Shown here piece after piece: positions 62,170-64,000 of a DNA stretch of 64,000 bases (positions within the stretch are counted from its first letter, which is position 1; each line of letters starts with the position of its first letter). The notes beneath the pieces are model-generated. The model did no database searches and was not told where the DNA came from. It saw only the letters and a program-made list of their open reading frames with translations. Source of the DNA: Octopus sinensis (Eukaryota); the NCBI RefSeq assembly GCF_006345805.1, contig NC_043024.1:1736001-1800000 (forward strand), written 5' to 3'. The position numbers were made by a program, and so were the translations under genes.

Positions 62170-63400
62170 AAAAGCCACACACACACAAACGCACACACAG
62201 GCACACACACGCATAAATGCACACATAAATGCACACACACACACAAATGCACACACACACACTCACACACACACACACACAAACACACAAATGCACTCAT
62301 ACAGATGCATACACAGACACACACACACACATAAATGCACACAAATGCACACACACACAAATGCACACACACACACACAAATGCACACACACACAAATGC
62401 ACACACACACAAATGCACACACACACACACAAATGCACACACACACACAAATGCACACACACACACACAAATGCACACACACACAAATGCACACACACAC
62501 AAATGCACACACACACAAATGCACACACACACACACAAATGCACACACACACAAATGCACACACACAAATGCACACACACACACAAATGCACACACACAC
62601 AAATGCACACACACACCAAATGCACACACACACACAAATGCACACACACACACACAAATGCACACACACACAAATGCACACACACACAAATGCACACACA
62701 CACACACAAATGCACACACACACAAATGCACACACACACAAATGCACACACACACACACAAATGCACACACACACCAAATGCACACCACACACACAAATG
62801 CACACACACACACAAATGCACACACACACACACAAATGCACACACACACACAAATGCACACACACACAAATGCACAACACACACACAAATGCACACACAC
62901 ACACACAAATGCACACACACACAAATGCACACACACACAAATGCACACACACACACAAATGCACACACACACAAATGCAACACACACACACAACAAATGC
63001 ACACACACACACACAAATGCACACACACACACACAAATGCACACACACACAATGCACACCACACACACAAATGCACACACACCACAAATGCACACACACA
63101 CACAATTGCACACACACACACACAAATGCACACCACACACACACAAATGCACACACACACACACAAATGCACACACACACAAATGCACACACACACACAC
63201 AATGCAACACACACAAATGCACACACACACAAATGCACACACACACACAAATGCCACACACACACAAATGCACACACACACAAATGCACAACACACACAA
63301 ATGCACACACCACACACACAAATGCACACACACACAAATGCACACACACACAAATGCACACACACACACAAATGCACACCACACACACACACACACACAT
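62170..63400. repeat. AAATG(CA)n compound minisatellite
   Basis: direct reading. Confidence 0.95.
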
Positions 63401-63502
63401 ACATATATCCACACATGCACAAAGCTACCTTTTTCCTCCCTCCAGCTTACTCTCTTTATTTCTTTTAACCTTTTCTCTTCCTCTTTGTTTCACCCTCTCC
63501 CC

Positions 63503-63548
<46 letters not shown>

Positions 63549-63600
63549 GTTTATCTTCTTTCTTTCTTTCACTCTGATTTCCTTCGTCTTCTCTTTCCAG

Positions 63601-63686
63601 CGAGCGTTGCGAACAGAATACTTGGTTTAACTGGAGGCCAACATCGAAGATGCAGCTGTCAGGAATTGAACACAAGATCTTCCAAT
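63601..63686 (+). CDS. probable internal exon of an unidentified gene
   Basis: long CT tract ...tctctttccag| 86 nt |gtaagt; open in phase 1 (SVANRILGLTGGQHRRCSCQELNTRSSN) and phase 2 (ERCEQNTWFNWRPTSKMQLSGIEHKIFQ). Confidence 0.6.
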
Positions 63687-63855
63687 GTAAGTGGAAAATG
63701 GTTTTAAGGTGCACTGACATAAACACGCAGCCCTTCCTGCTTGCACACATGCACAACTCCTTGCATGCAGATGCAAGGGGGTAAGGCTGAAAAGTTCCTG
63801 GCTTTTTTGTAAAAGAAAATATAGAAAGATCAGTTAATTATGATTTTATTTAACA

Positions 63856-64000
63856 CTAGGTGTATCGCCCGGCGTTGCTTGGGTTTGTTTCGACCCTTTA
63901 GAATTGGAATTTTTGAAAAGTAAAAGTTTTGCATTATGTAGCTTGTTATATTCTCTTTAAGTGAACATTTTTCTCGTTGAAATACACCAAAAAATGACGA
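63856..64000 (-). mobile_element. Helitron (family of 20681) inserted into a mariner MITE, cut by the window end
   Basis: ctag..cccggcgttgcttggg..ttcgaccctttagaattgg is the reverse complement of the 20940-21068 end. Confidence 0.8.

Overview
Eukaryotic, microsatellite-rich genomic DNA, most likely an octopod cephalopod; this is inferred from the SINE, mariner and Helitron families and the very high simple-repeat density. Positions 478-28797 (+) hold a complete BBS9/PTHB1 (BBSome subunit) gene. I assembled it by hand as 21 coding exons with GT-AG introns, consistent phases and 2598 nt of CDS (865 aa + stop). The rest of the window (31-64 kb) is mostly repeats, with splice-site evidence for the 5' end of a second, unidentified + strand gene (38253-38262, 42843-42859, 63601-63686). 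Mobile DNA includes three main SINE families, mariner/maT remnants and MITEs, non-autonomous Helitrons, CR1/L2-, RTE- and R4/Dong-like LINE fragments, and a Penelope-like element (PLE). There is one 100-N assembly gap. The most unusual locus is 55.1-58.7 kb. It has a PLE ORF with an in-frame tandem duplication of its Cys-rich/GIY-YIG region, and a 797-bp fold-back unit carrying a candidate hammerhead ribozyme. A 67-bp segment of that unit is identical, in inverted orientation, to the PLE 3' flank. Other highlights are an 8 x 123-bp tandem amplification of a LINE 3' end, a ~1.6-kb AG-free minisatellite abutting a BBS9 acceptor, tandem SINE arrays joined at a GGTATTT microhomology, and a LINE 3' end found twice inside (TATC)n. 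Most long ORFs in the supplied track are microsatellite artefacts. All alignments were done by eye; no database searches were run.
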